NCBI GenBank assembly: GCA_002471575.1 | Contig: DKQG01000046.1 | Coordinates: 108,853-172,852, forward strand | Reading direction: 5' to 3' | DNA length: 64,000 nt | Source: Alphaproteobacteria bacterium UBA7314 | Lineage (GTDB): Bacteria > Pseudomonadota > Alphaproteobacteria > MPNO01 > UBA830 | Shown: positions 1 to 9,677 of the stretch, one piece after another | Layout of the letters: each line of letters opens with the position of its first letter | Numbering within the stretch: the first letter of the stretch is position 1 | The notes under the pieces: model-generated | Told to the model about the DNA's origin: nothing | Seen by the model: the letters and a program-made list of their open reading frames with translations, nothing else | The model's database searches: none | Position numbers and translations under genes: made by a program

Positions 1-1406
1 CCGGTATCGAAATCGCCGTCGACCTCATACGCCACCAGGTCGCCGTCCTTGGTGCAGCCATAGCGCGCGGTGATCCGCGACGGGTGCCGCTTCGTCGATG
101 CAGACATGGATTCGATCCGGTTCCACGTGCAACGAACCGGCTTATTCAGGACCCACGCGGCCAGTCCGATCACCGGGTGCACCCCCAGGTCCAGCTTGCC
201 GCCGAAACCACCGCCGCAGGCAGTCGGGATCACCCGAATGGCGTCCTTCGGCAACCCCATAATATTGGCGATCTCGTCCCGGTCCATATACGGCGCCTGG
301 GTGGAGACAGTTATCTCAAGTCGGTCCCCTACGCGACGGGCCCAGCCTGCTTCGGGTTCGATATAGCCATGTTCGACGAACCCCGTCTGATAGTAATCCT
401 CGATCACGACATCGGCAGTTTTCATCGCGGCCGCAGCGTCGCCTTTTTTGACAAATCCTTCTGCCATGATGTTGCCGGGATGATTATCGTGAATACGATG
501 GGCGTCTTCCGCCAGCGCCGCGTCGAAGCCGTATATGTCATCCCGCTTTTCATAGTGAATTGGCACATCTTCGTCGCGAATACCGTAGACGCTGTCATAG
601 TCGCCAATCAGCGCGACCACGTTCTCGCCTTTGAAGCGGACCTGTCCATCGGCGAAAGCTGGCTGATCCTTCACATCCGGGTATACACCGTATCCGTTGA
701 GACCCGGCACATCGGCCGCGGTCAGAACCCGCTCCAGCCCCGGCCACTTGTCGTAGAGCGGCTGGAAATCGCCCAGCGTAAAAGTGGCATTGGCGTGGGG
801 TGAGCGCACTGCCCGTGCCCAAAGCGCATCTGCCGGTGCCTGGTCGGCACCGTACATTTCCGTCCCGTCGACTTTCTCAAGGCCGTCGGTTTTCAGCGCA
901 CGCGCGCCCATTGCATCACCGACCTCCGGGTTTTCGAAGGTCACTCCGTTAGGTTGCACCACGTGTTTCACCGCGTCCACTATATTGCGGTAGCCGGTGC
1001 AGCGGCACAGAACGCCGCCCAGCGCATCCAGTATCTGGTCGTCAGTCGGCGTTTCGTTGTGTTTGAACAGGTCGGCCGCCGCCATAAGCATACCGGGCGT
1101 GCATATCCCGCACTGCGCTGCGCCATATTCGTGGAATGCCTGCTGTAGTTCGGTCAACCGGCCGTCTTCACCGGCAAGGCCTTCGACGGTGGTGACGTCG
1201 CGTCCCGCAACCTGCGCCAGCGGGACAAGGCAGGAACAGACCTGTTCGCCATCCAAAAGCACCGTGCACGCCCCGCAATCCCCTGCGTCGCAGCCTACCT
1301 TAGTGCCAGTATATCCCAGGTCTTCGCGCAGCACATGGGAGAGCCGACTGACCGGCTCGGCATCGGTAACCGCAGATTTTCCATTTAGGTTGAATGATAT
1401 GGACAT
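1..1406 (-). CDS. Xanthine dehydrogenase/aldehyde oxidase family protein with a fused 2x[2Fe-2S] domain and molybdopterin-binding domain (3' end runs off the window)
   Basis: Manual translation from ATG at 1406: MSISFNLNG...TGTKVGCDAGDCGACTVLLDG...QCGICTPGM...LCRCTGY, then KTDGLEKVDG...VRSPHA...CGGGFGGKLD. It is absent from the ORF track because its stop lies outside the window. Confidence 0.9.
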   Translation of the reverse strand, partial: MSISFNLNGKSAVTDAEPVSRLSHVLREDLGYTGTKVGCDAGDCGACTVLLDGEQVCSCLVPLAQVAGRDVTTVEGLAGEDGRLTELQQAFHEYGAAQCGICTPGMLMAAADLFKHNETPTDDQILDALGGVLCRCTGYRNIVDAVKHVVQPNGVTFENPEVGDAMGARALKTDGLEKVDGTEMYGADQAPADALWARAVRSPHANATFTLGDFQPLYDKWPGLERVLTAADVPGLNGYGVYPDVKDQPAFADGQVRFKGENVVALIGDYDSVYGIRDEDVPIHYEKRDDIYGFDAALAEDAHRIHDNHPGNIMAEGFVKKGDAAAAMKTADVVIEDYYQTGFVEHGYIEPEAGWARRVGDRLEITVSTQAPYMDRDEIANIMGLPKDAIRVIPTACGGGFGGKLDLGVHPVIGLAAWVLNKPVRCTWNRIESMSASTKRHPSRITARYGCTKDGDLVAYEVDGDFDT

Positions 1407-1408
1407 GG

Positions 1409-2245
1409 TCACTCCGTCAGTTCTGCGAGGGCACGGCGCACAAGTGTTAGGGCGGCATCGCGACGGTAATCAGCTGAACCGCGTACATCCCCGATAGGGC
1501 TTAGCGTTGCCAGGTGGTCAGCGGTCACGATATCCACGAGCGTTGCGTCGGCGGGTTTGCCTGTAAGATCCGCTTCGAGAGACAGGAGCCGCGAGGCGAC
1601 CGCCGAACAGGACCCGACCGCGATACGGCAGCGATCGACGTTGCCGTCCATCCCCTTTTCGAGGATGGCGGACACCATGACGATAGAGATAACCAAGTAC
1701 TTGCGGGCACCGAGCTTAAGAAACGCGCCTTTCGCGTTGTTTCCGCATTTCGGAATACGCAGGCCGATCACCATCTCGTCGGCCTTGCGCGCGGTCTGGC
1801 GGTTACCAAGGATGAAATCCGCAATAGGGAGATCCCGCTCACCGGAAACCGAGGCCAGGCGCACCGATGCGTCCAGTGCAAACAAACCAGGCGCTCCATC
1901 GGCCGCCGGCGAAGCGTTGCAGACATTGCCCACGATGGTGCCGGCATTCTGGATCTGAACTCCGCCCACTTCACGGGCCGCCAACTTCATCGCGCGGAAC
2001 CAGTCGGGTAGATCGGCGCGGATCAGGTCGGTCCACGTCGCCGTCGCCCCGATCAGGTAGTGGTCGTCTTTATTCTCGATCGCGCGTAGGCCCTCAATGG
2101 CCGTGACGTCGAGTATGTTCTCATCAAGCGGTCTGCCGACACGGGCCGGATAAAAATCGGTCCCTCCGGCAACGATAGTCCGCCCCCCTTCCGCCAGCGC
2201 GGACAACGCATCGGAAAGCGCAGTCGGTCTTAGATAGGATGTCAT
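1409..2245 (-). CDS. Molybdopterin dehydrogenase FAD-binding (CoxM/XdhB-like) subunit
   Basis: AGGTD, QIQNAGTIVGNVCNASPAAD and DVRGSADYRR motifs; start placed at MTSYLRP (ATG 2245); 2 bp from the downstream Mo subunit. Confidence 0.9.
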   Translation of the reverse strand: MTSYLRPTALSDALSALAEGGRTIVAGGTDFYPARVGRPLDENILDVTAIEGLRAIENKDDHYLIGATATWTDLIRADLPDWFRAMKLAAREVGGVQIQNAGTIVGNVCNASPAADGAPGLFALDASVRLASVSGERDLPIADFILGNRQTARKADEMVIGLRIPKCGNNAKGAFLKLGARKYLVISIVMVSAILEKGMDGNVDRCRIAVGSCSAVASRLLSLEADLTGKPADATLVDIVTADHLATLSPIGDVRGSADYRRDAALTLVRRALAELTE

Positions 2246-2270
2246 GGACGCTTCAAACTCCCATTGACAA

Positions 2271-2292
2271 AATTGTTTGTGTACATACAATT
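2271..2292. promoter_or_regulatory. Imperfect palindromic operator (GntR-like), copy 1
   Basis: AATTGTTTGTGTACATACAATT, 18/22 self-complementary, just upstream of the FAD subunit start. Confidence 0.6.
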
Positions 2293-2474
2293 ATTCGTTA
2301 GCAATGCTGGACTGTCAAGCAGCGTGATCTTCCTTTTTACGACCACGTTAAATTGGGAGTGAAAGACTCAATCGCCGTGGTATAAAACACTGCTCCTAGT
2401 GACAGTTATTTAAGGCGTTCGCCGAGAAACGCTACCCCGCCTAACCGGCTTGACGGGGATGAAACACCTACCTA

Positions 2475-2496
2475 ACTTGTTTGTACACATATAATA
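2475..2496. promoter_or_regulatory. Imperfect palindromic operator, copy 2, upstream of korA
   Basis: ACTTGTTTGTACACATATAATA matches copy 1 at 17/22 positions and overlaps a TATAAT. Confidence 0.6.
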
Positions 2497-2511
2497 AACT
2501 GGACAGGTTTC

Positions 2512-4377
2512 ATGGCAACAAATGTCGCGTCTTCTGGTGACGGAAATCGCAAGGCCTTAGACTCAGTGGTTATCCGTTTCGCCGGCGACTCCGGGGACGG
2601 CATGCAGCTAACTGGCACACAATTCACGCAATCGACCGCCCTGATGGGCAACGATCTCGCGACCTTCCCAGATTTCCCGGCGGAAATACGTGCGCCTGCC
2701 GGAACCACCTTCGGTGTCAGTGCGTTCCAAATCAATTTTGCGTCCTACGATATTCAGACGCCGGGCGACGATCCCGACGTGCTGGTGGCTATGAACCCAG
2801 CGGCGCTGAAGGTGCATCTCAAGGACGTCCCAAAGGGCGGCACGATTATCCTCAATGTCGACGCCTTTACCGACCGCAACATCGCGCGGGCGGGCTATGA
2901 AGAAAACCCGCTCGAAGACGGCACGCTGGACAACCACGTCGTAATCGCGATTGAAATTAACAAACTGACCAACGCCGCCGTCGCCGAATGCGACGTGACG
3001 TCAAAGGAAGCCACGCGCTGTAAGAACTTCTGGGCGCTCGGCCTAATGTGCTGGATGTACAACCGCGACCGCCAGCCGACCGTCGACTGGGTCAACCAGC
3101 GTTTCGGTAAGCTGCCCAACATCGCCGCCGCCAATATCGCGGCGCTGAACGCCGGTCACGCGTATGGCGAGACCGTTGAACTGCCGTCCGGTGTCGAAGC
3201 CTATCTGGTGCCGAAGGCGGACGTGCAACCCGGCACCTACCGCGCCGTCACCGGCACGGAAGCCGTCGCCTGGGGCCTGGTCGCAGGTGCAAAGAAAGCC
3301 GGCCTCGAAATTTTCCTCGGCTCCTATCCGATAACGCCGGCATCCGCTCTGTTACACACGCTGACCGGCCTAAAGCAGTACGGCGTCACCACCTTTCAGG
3401 CGGAAGACGAAATCGCCGCCGTCTGTTCGGCCATCGGCGCAGCCTATGCCGGCTCTCTGGGTATCACATCGTCGTCTGGCCCGGGCATTGCGCTGAAGAC
3501 CGAGGCTATCGGCCTCGCGCTGGTTACCGAACTGCCTCTGGTGGTTGTGAACGTCCAGCGCGGCGGTCCCTCGACCGGCCTGCCGACCAAAACCGAACAG
3601 TCAGATCTGTTCCAGGCCGTATACGGTCGCAACGCCGACACGCCGTTACCGGTAGTCGCATCACGTACGGCCGGTGACTGCTTCGAAACTGCGATCGAAG
3701 CCGTGCGGCTGGCCACGAAATACATGACGCCGGTTATCCTGCTTACCGACGGCTTCCTCGCCAATTCGGCGGAGCCATGGGAAATTCCGGACGCCGACGC
3801 CATTGCTGATTTCCCCGTTAAGTTCCGCACCGACCCAGAAGGGTTCCATCCCTATCTGCGCGACGAAAAAACGCTGGCACGGAACTGGGCCATTCCCGGC
3901 ACACCGGGGCTGATGCACCGTATCGGCGGCATCGAGAAGGATTACGACAGCGGTCATATTTCCTATGACAGTGACAATCATCACCGGATGACCAAGGTCC
4001 GTGCCGCCAAGATCGATGGCATCGCCGACGACATCCCGGCGCAAGACGTCGCCACAGGGGAACACAGAGGAGAGCTTGCCGTTGTCGGCTGGGGATCGAC
4101 CTTCGGGGCGATCAACCAGGCAGTCGGTCGCTGCGTCAAGGACGGCCTCAGCGTGTCGCACATCCATCTCCGTCACATACACCCCTTCCCGAAGAATCTG
4201 GACGACCTATTGTCCGGCTTCGAGAAGGTGATGGTGCCGGAAATGAACAATGGACAGCTCGTGCATGTGCTCCGCGACAAGTTCCTCGTCGATGCAGAAA
4301 GCATTACGCAAATCACGGGTCAGCCCTTCAAGGTGTCGACCCTCGAACGCGAGATCCGCTCGCGCGTGGAAGGATAA
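2512..4377 (+). CDS. korA: 2-oxoacid:ferredoxin oxidoreductase alpha subunit
   Basis: VIRFAGDSGDGMQLTG, SYPITPAS, QAEDEIAA and QRGGPSTGLPTKTEQSD motifs. Confidence 0.93.
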   Translation: MATNVASSGDGNRKALDSVVIRFAGDSGDGMQLTGTQFTQSTALMGNDLATFPDFPAEIRAPAGTTFGVSAFQINFASYDIQTPGDDPDVLVAMNPAALKVHLKDVPKGGTIILNVDAFTDRNIARAGYEENPLEDGTLDNHVVIAIEINKLTNAAVAECDVTSKEATRCKNFWALGLMCWMYNRDRQPTVDWVNQRFGKLPNIAAANIAALNAGHAYGETVELPSGVEAYLVPKADVQPGTYRAVTGTEAVAWGLVAGAKKAGLEIFLGSYPITPASALLHTLTGLKQYGVTTFQAEDEIAAVCSAIGAAYAGSLGITSSSGPGIALKTEAIGLALVTELPLVVVNVQRGGPSTGLPTKTEQSDLFQAVYGRNADTPLPVVASRTAGDCFETAIEAVRLATKYMTPVILLTDGFLANSAEPWEIPDADAIADFPVKFRTDPEGFHPYLRDEKTLARNWAIPGTPGLMHRIGGIEKDYDSGHISYDSDNHHRMTKVRAAKIDGIADDIPAQDVATGEHRGELAVVGWGSTFGAINQAVGRCVKDGLSVSHIHLRHIHPFPKNLDDLLSGFEKVMVPEMNNGQLVHVLRDKFLVDAESITQITGQPFKVSTLEREIRSRVEG

Positions 4378-4380
4378 GCC

Positions 4381-5415
4381 ATGAATGTCGAAACCCCCGT
4401 CGAAGCGCTAAAGCCTAACGACTACGCCTCAGACCAAGAGGTCCGATGGTGCCCCGGCTGCGGCGACTATGCCATTATCAAGGGCGTTCACCGTACGCTG
4501 GCCGAACTGCAGATTCCGCTGGAAAAGCTGGTCTTTTTCTCCGGCATCGGCTGCGCGGCCCGGTTCCCATACTACATGGCGTCTTACGGCTTTCACACCA
4601 TTCACGGCCGCGCCCCGGCGCTTGCCACCGGTGCGAAGCTCGCTAACCCAGATCTCGACATCTGGGTCGTGATGGGTGACGGCGATGCGCTCTCAATCGG
4701 CGGCAATCACACGATGCACGCCATCCGCCGTAACGTCGATCTGAACCTGCTGCTGTTCAACAACGAGATTTACGGCCTGACCAAGGGCCAATACTCGCCA
4801 ACCAGCCAGCTTGGCACCCGTTCGCCGTCAACGCCGCAAGGCTCGATCGATGCGCCTCTGACGCCTCTCAGCCTCGCGCTCGGCGCCAATGCCCGGTTCG
4901 TCGCCCGAACGTTCGACACCAACCAGAAGCATATGCCGGGTGTCCTGAAAGCCGCACACGCTCATAAGGGCGCCTCGCTGGTCGAGATCATCCAGAACTG
5001 CATCGTCTATAACGACGGCGCGTTCGACGGCTGGACCGACAAGAAAGTGGTGTCGGACAATTCGATCATGGTCGAACACGGCAAGCCGTTGATCTTCGGC
5101 GCCGACGAAAACAAGGGCATCGCCATGGCCGAGGACGGCTTCGGTATCCGCGTTGTCACCATCGGCGAAGACGGCATCACCGAGGACGACGTGCTGGTCC
5201 ACGACGAGCAGAATAAGATGCTTGCCATGATGCTGGCCGATATGAAACAGCCGGAATTCCCGGTCGCGCTCGGCGTGCTCTTCAACAACCCGGCCAAGGC
5301 CTATGACGAGGCGGTCCACGAACAGCTGGCCGAAGTCAAAGAAAAGACGCCGGCAGGCACCGTCAACGAAATGCTCCGTAAGGGGCGGACCTGGACGGTG
5401 TCCGAAGGGGCATAG
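4381..5415 (+). CDS. korB: 2-oxoacid:ferredoxin oxidoreductase beta subunit
   Basis: WCPGCGD, SGIGC, HGRA and GDGDALSIGGNH (TPP-binding) motifs. Confidence 0.93.
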   Translation: MNVETPVEALKPNDYASDQEVRWCPGCGDYAIIKGVHRTLAELQIPLEKLVFFSGIGCAARFPYYMASYGFHTIHGRAPALATGAKLANPDLDIWVVMGDGDALSIGGNHTMHAIRRNVDLNLLLFNNEIYGLTKGQYSPTSQLGTRSPSTPQGSIDAPLTPLSLALGANARFVARTFDTNQKHMPGVLKAAHAHKGASLVEIIQNCIVYNDGAFDGWTDKKVVSDNSIMVEHGKPLIFGADENKGIAMAEDGFGIRVVTIGEDGITEDDVLVHDEQNKMLAMMLADMKQPEFPVALGVLFNNPAKAYDEAVHEQLAEVKEKTPAGTVNEMLRKGRTWTVSEGA

Positions 5416-5453
5416 GGCCTACGATAAAACCCGCCTTTCCGGCAGACAGACAT

Positions 5454-5488
5454 AAACCCGGCAGGGACGACCCTGCCGGGTTTTTTTT
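5454..5488 (+). terminator. Rho-independent terminator after korAB
   Basis: AAACCCGGCAGGG-ACGA-CCCTGCCGGG hairpin followed by a T8 run. Confidence 0.9.
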
Positions 5489-5913
5489 ATTACCGCTACG
5501 CCAACTCGTGCAGCACCTGCTTAGGGCCATACCGTCTTACCCGCGTCCCTCCTCCTCGTCGTACCAGCTTTGCAGGTTTTTCCCAACATTCGCGTTGCGC
5601 AGAATCAGGCTGATGGTTCAGTGGGGGCTGTTGTGTTCGACGTGGATGTCTCCGGGCGGCACGAACTGAATGTAGCCGGGGTAACTTCGAGATCGCCGAC
5701 AGTTTCAGGGCGATCAGGTCCGGTTGTGTACGATGCTTGTCACCGAGATGGAGCGCGCCGTCGCGCGCCAGACATCCAGCAAGGAGCGCAATTGCATCAT
5801 CGTGATGCTCGGAGAGGCCAAGAAGGCCTGCTTCAGCGACTATATTGGTGCGGCGTACCAGGGTGCCAGCAAGGGCCTGCAACTCGCGAACAACGCATCG
5901 CAAAGATAGATTA

Positions 5914-6468
5914 CTATCCGGGGTTGGGCGTCCTCACGGCGTGGATTGGGTGCCACAGGCGCATCTCCCACCCAGCGAGGGGCTCTCCGATATCGGACGG
6001 GCCTACCTTTACGCCCCGCTGGGCGATCGTCTGATCTAGTCCCATCACTGTAAGCGGAACAAAATCCAACGGTAACGCTGCAGCGCCCGGTTTGCGCCGG
6101 TCTATCAGCGTAAGACAGCTTTCCATCTCCGTTGCAAGATCAGGGTCGGACGTTCCGTCCGGTCCCTGTACAAGATTGCGGTCCCAGTTGATCATTTTGG
6201 GGCGGAACTTCGGATCGACAGACAGCCGTCCCGCCTTTGAAGTATAAGCGTCGCTTGTCATGACGTCGGGGCCAGTCAGCCGGTACAACGCCAGAAACGG
6301 TGCGCGCACGTCTTGGGCACAGTGAAAGCGCTGGGCGGTTAGAAAACCCGGAATGGTCAGCAGCATGCTGATGTGCTTCCAGTAAAATTTGTCAAACGCC
6401 GCACGTTCCTCCGCCGTCTCGTGCGGATAATCGCACTCGACCATGTAGTAGATAGCTTGTTCGGTCAT
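5914..6468 (-). CDS. Hypothetical protein with an N-terminal EthD/Dabb-like domain
   Basis: FDKFYWKHISMLLTIPGFLTAQRF...FLALYRL pattern; coupled to the upstream nfuA-like stop. Confidence 0.6.
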   Translation of the reverse strand: MTEQAIYYMVECDYPHETAEERAAFDKFYWKHISMLLTIPGFLTAQRFHCAQDVRAPFLALYRLTGPDVMTSDAYTSKAGRLSVDPKFRPKMINWDRNLVQGPDGTSDPDLATEMESCLTLIDRRKPGAAALPLDFVPLTVMGLDQTIAQRGVKVGPSDIGEPLAGWEMRLWHPIHAVRTPNPG

Positions 6469-7283
6469 TAGCTGAAGAAGGGGTCAGCGCCCTGGGAATG
6501 GTCCGTGACATCGACCACGCCCTGGATACTCGGCACCTCGGTCAGGATGGCGTTCTGGACCCCTTGTTGCAACGTCATCGCCGATGCTGAACAGCCCTGA
6601 CAGCCCCCCTCCATGCGAACATAAGCGACATGGTCAGTAACATCGATCAAGGTAATACGCCCGCCGTGAGCGGCCACTGCCGGATTCACCTTTTCGTCCA
6701 GCAACTGCATCACGGCTTCCGCTTCCGGTCCCTTGGGAGGCTCATCATCACCGTTGAAGACCCAGTCTGGGATTTCCGCCTGCGGTGCCTCCCCGACCCA
6801 AGTCACGGCCTCTATCTCCCGCACGTGATGGCTGATGATATTGGTCATCATATCGCGCTTCTGCGCCCCGCCGCCGCCGATCAACTCCAGCGTCAGCGTA
6901 CTGTCAGCGAATTTCTTGAATAGAACTTCGCCGCCATAGGCCTCGATGGCAGGGCGAATACGGTCGTCCAGCAGATTAAGGATTTTTACCGTCACAGCAT
7001 CGGCGAGTACCGGCTCACCCGAGCCGTAGTGTTCCATGATCGCTCCCAGAACGGCAGGTTTCAGGATATACCATTCGTTGCCGTCCGCACGCCGCAACGT
7101 CACATGGTCCAGCGACAACGCGACGCCCTCGATACCGTCGATCCTCAGCAGCCGCCTCGCGAGGGGTGAAATCTCCGACGCCTCCGCTTCGTCGATCGGC
7201 GCGTTTCCGATCGGCAGTACGGGTTCGCCCGGCGTGAACTTCATCAGCGCGGGGTCGTCCAGGGGGTATGTCTGAATGAACAT
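6468..7283 (-). CDS. NifU/NfuA-family Fe-S carrier (Nfu N-terminal domain plus two NifU-C domains)
   Basis: Starts MFIQTYPLDDPALMKFTPG; W..LKPAVLGAIMEH; C-terminal VNPAVAAHGG...GGCQGC. Confidence 0.85.
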   Translation of the reverse strand: MFIQTYPLDDPALMKFTPGEPVLPIGNAPIDEAEASEISPLARRLLRIDGIEGVALSLDHVTLRRADGNEWYILKPAVLGAIMEHYGSGEPVLADAVTVKILNLLDDRIRPAIEAYGGEVLFKKFADSTLTLELIGGGGAQKRDMMTNIISHHVREIEAVTWVGEAPQAEIPDWVFNGDDEPPKGPEAEAVMQLLDEKVNPAVAAHGGRITLIDVTDHVAYVRMEGGCQGCSASAMTLQQGVQNAILTEVPSIQGVVDVTDHSQGADPFFS

Positions 7284-7287
7284 CCGC

Positions 7288-8538
7288 TTAGCGCATGCCG
7301 GCCTTCGTGCCGAAGCGTTTTTCGACGTAATCCTCAACCAGATCGCGGAACTCGTCGGCGATACCGGGACCACGCAGCGTCATCTTCTTCTCGCCGTCGA
7401 TGAAGACAGGCGCTGCCGGCTCCTCGCCGGTGCCGGGCAGACTGATGCCGATATCGGCGTGCTTTGACTCGCCGGGACCATTCACAATGCATCCCATAAC
7501 GGCAACATTCAGTTCTTCGACCCCGGAATATTTCTCTCGCCATTCCGGCATACGCTCGCGGATATGATCCTGGATGCCCTGTGCCAGTTCCTGGAAGACA
7601 GTCGATGTCGTGCGCCCGCAACCCGGACAAGCAGCGACCAGTGGAATGAAAGACCGCAGCCCCATGGTTTGCAGCAATTCCTGCGCCACGGTGACTTCGC
7701 GGGTACGGTCGCCGCCGGGCTCCGGAGTAAGCGAGATTCGAATGGTATCGCCTATCCCTTCCTGCAGTAGAATGCCCATCCCCGCTGCAGAAGCGACAAC
7801 TCCCTTGGTACCCATACCGGCTTCGGTCAGGCCAAGATGCAGTGCGTAGTCGCAGCGCGACGCTAGGTCGCGGTAAACGGTAATCAGATCCTGCACAACC
7901 GATACCTTGGCGGAGATGATGATCCGGTTGCGCGGCATACCGAGTTCCTCGGCGCGTTCTGCCGACATCAGGCCTGACATCACCATCGCGTCTCGTGTTA
8001 CCTGGGAGGCATCCTTGAGATTTTGGGATGCAGTGTTTTCATCCATTAGTCGGGTCAGCAATTCCTGGTCGAGCGATCCCCAGTTAACGCCGATCCGCAC
8101 AGGCTTTTCGTACTTGTTTGCGACCTCGATCATCGTGCTGAACTGGGTATCGCGCTTTTCACGGAAGCCTACATTGCCCGGATTGATGCGATATTTGGCC
8201 AGAGCCTCTGCACAAGCCGGATTTTCGGTCAGCAGCTTGTGACCGATATAGTGAAAATCGCCAACCAACGGGGTTTCGACCCCCATCAGAGCCAGCCGGT
8301 CGCGGATATAGGGCACGGCCTTTGCAGCCTCATCGCGATCAACCGTAATACGCACGATTTCAGACCCCGCCCTAGCCAGAGCGGCGACCTGCGCTACCGT
8401 GGAATCGACGTCCGCCGTGTCCGTGTTTGTCATCGACTGCACGACGATCGGCGCACCACCGCCCATGGTCACGCCACCGACATCGACGGCAACGCTTTTC
8501 CGCCTGAGGACGGTTTCGAATATACCCGGTTCGCTCAT
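7288..8538 (-). CDS. ispG: 4-hydroxy-3-methylbut-2-en-1-yl diphosphate synthase
   Basis: [41 protein letters not shown] and [11 protein letters not shown] motifs. Confidence 0.96.
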   Translation of the reverse strand: MSEPGIFETVLRRKSVAVDVGGVTMGGGAPIVVQSMTNTDTADVDSTVAQVAALARAGSEIVRITVDRDEAAKAVPYIRDRLALMGVETPLVGDFHYIGHKLLTENPACAEALAKYRINPGNVGFREKRDTQFSTMIEVANKYEKPVRIGVNWGSLDQELLTRLMDENTASQNLKDASQVTRDAMVMSGLMSAERAEELGMPRNRIIISAKVSVVQDLITVYRDLASRCDYALHLGLTEAGMGTKGVVASAAGMGILLQEGIGDTIRISLTPEPGGDRTREVTVAQELLQTMGLRSFIPLVAACPGCGRTTSTVFQELAQGIQDHIRERMPEWREKYSGVEELNVAVMGCIVNGPGESKHADIGISLPGTGEEPAAPVFIDGEKKMTLRGPGIADEFRDLVEDYVEKRFGTKAGMR

Positions 8539-8554
8539 GCCTGCCACAACGTTC

Positions 8555-9190
8555 TCAAGCCGACATAGCGCGGTCGTTACGGGAATCCAGCGACCCCGCG
8601 GCGTCAATTACCGACAGCAGCTCGTCATAATCGGTCATCACCTGAAAATTCGGAAATTCGTCAATCACATTCTGCGGCGGGCGGAACAGGAAACCGGCAT
8701 CCGCCTCTTCCAGCATCAGGGTATCGTTATAGGAATCGCCGGCAGCACAGGTATAGAAGTTCAACCCCTTGAACGCCTTTACCGCCGCCCGCTTGTGACC
8801 CTGCATGCGCAACGCGTATCCTGATAACTTGCCGTTGACATCCACGTTCAGCCGGTGACAGAACAGCGTCGGCTGTCCCATCTTGACCATCAACGGACCG
8901 ACGAATTCGTAGAATGTGTCTGACAAAATCACGAGTTGATATCTGGAACGGATTTCATCCAGAAACGCCCGCGCTCCCGGCAAAGGCTCGATCCCGTCGA
9001 TGATCGGTTGCAGCGCCTCGATCCCCAGGCCATGTTTGTCTAGGATGTCCAGACGATACCGCATTAGCACATCGTAATCCGGTTCGTCCCGCGTGGTGCG
9101 CCTAAGGTCGTCGACCCCGGTTCGCTCCGCAAGCTCGATCCAGATTTCCGGCGCAATCACGCCTTCCATGTCTAGACACACGATTTTCAA
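8555..9190 (-). CDS. thrH: Phosphoserine phosphatase/homoserine phosphotransferase (HAD family)
   Basis: [32 protein letters not shown] and AAGDSYND motifs; start uncertain (TTG 9190). Confidence 0.88.
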   Translation of the reverse strand: MKIVCLDMEGVIAPEIWIELAERTGVDDLRRTTRDEPDYDVLMRYRLDILDKHGLGIEALQPIIDGIEPLPGARAFLDEIRSRYQLVILSDTFYEFVGPLMVKMGQPTLFCHRLNVDVNGKLSGYALRMQGHKRAAVKAFKGLNFYTCAAGDSYNDTLMLEEADAGFLFRPPQNVIDEFPNFQVMTDYDELLSVIDAAGSLDSRNDRAMSA

Positions 9191-9269
9191 TGGATTTACC
9201 TGCTTGTTTTCCTTGTCGGCGGTATAGCAGGCGGGCATTTCAGCGGCAAACGGGAAACATGGCCTATGC

Positions 9270-9600
9270 GCTGCCAGTTAGAATGGCCGGTTCCGGCTTG
9301 ATGCCCTGAACCGTGGTCCGGCGGAGCAGGCGCCGTTCACCGCCCCCAAAATCGGGGCGCGCATGATTGGTGCAGCGATTGTCCCGGGCGACGAATACGC
9401 CCGGCGTCTAACTATACTGATAGAAAATTTCGGGTCGTTCGGAATGATGGAAGAGGCGCGACAAAAGCTCCCGGCTGTCATCATCTCTACAGTCGACGAC
9501 CCGGCGTGTCAGTAGCCTGTTGCTGTACAGCGCAGTGAGGCCGGTTTCTTCGTGGCGGATAAAGACCGGGTACCCAAGAAACTGAACAAGACGATGCCGC
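9270..9600 (-). pseudogene. C-terminal remnant of a TauD/TfdA dioxygenase
   Basis: PVFIRHEETGLTALYSNRLLT...SRELLSRLFHH...YQYS*TPGVFVARDNRCTNHARPDFGGGERRLLRRTTVQG; in-frame TAG where Trp is expected; 5' part missing. Confidence 0.8.
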
Positions 9601-9615
9601 AATCGACATGACATA

Positions 9616-9643
9616 TTGACACTTAAACCATTTCATATGAAAT
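9616..9643 (+). promoter_or_regulatory. Sigma70 -35 (TTGACA) plus a perfect palindrome ATTTCATATGAAAT; probable MarR operator
   Basis: TTGACA at 9616-9621 and a 14-bp palindrome at 9630-9643, upstream of an operon that contains a MarR gene. Confidence 0.65.
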
Positions 9644-9677
9644 TATTTGAAACTAAAGAAATGAAAGACGCCTAACG

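Noticed and set aside
70-1497. Plus-strand ORFs of 98-239 aa
   Set aside because: They are antisense shadows of the minus-strand Mo-enzyme gene, which carries clear motifs.
5500-5909. Small ORFs after the korAB terminator
   Set aside because: No recognisable family; possibly a remnant, but I cannot support a call.
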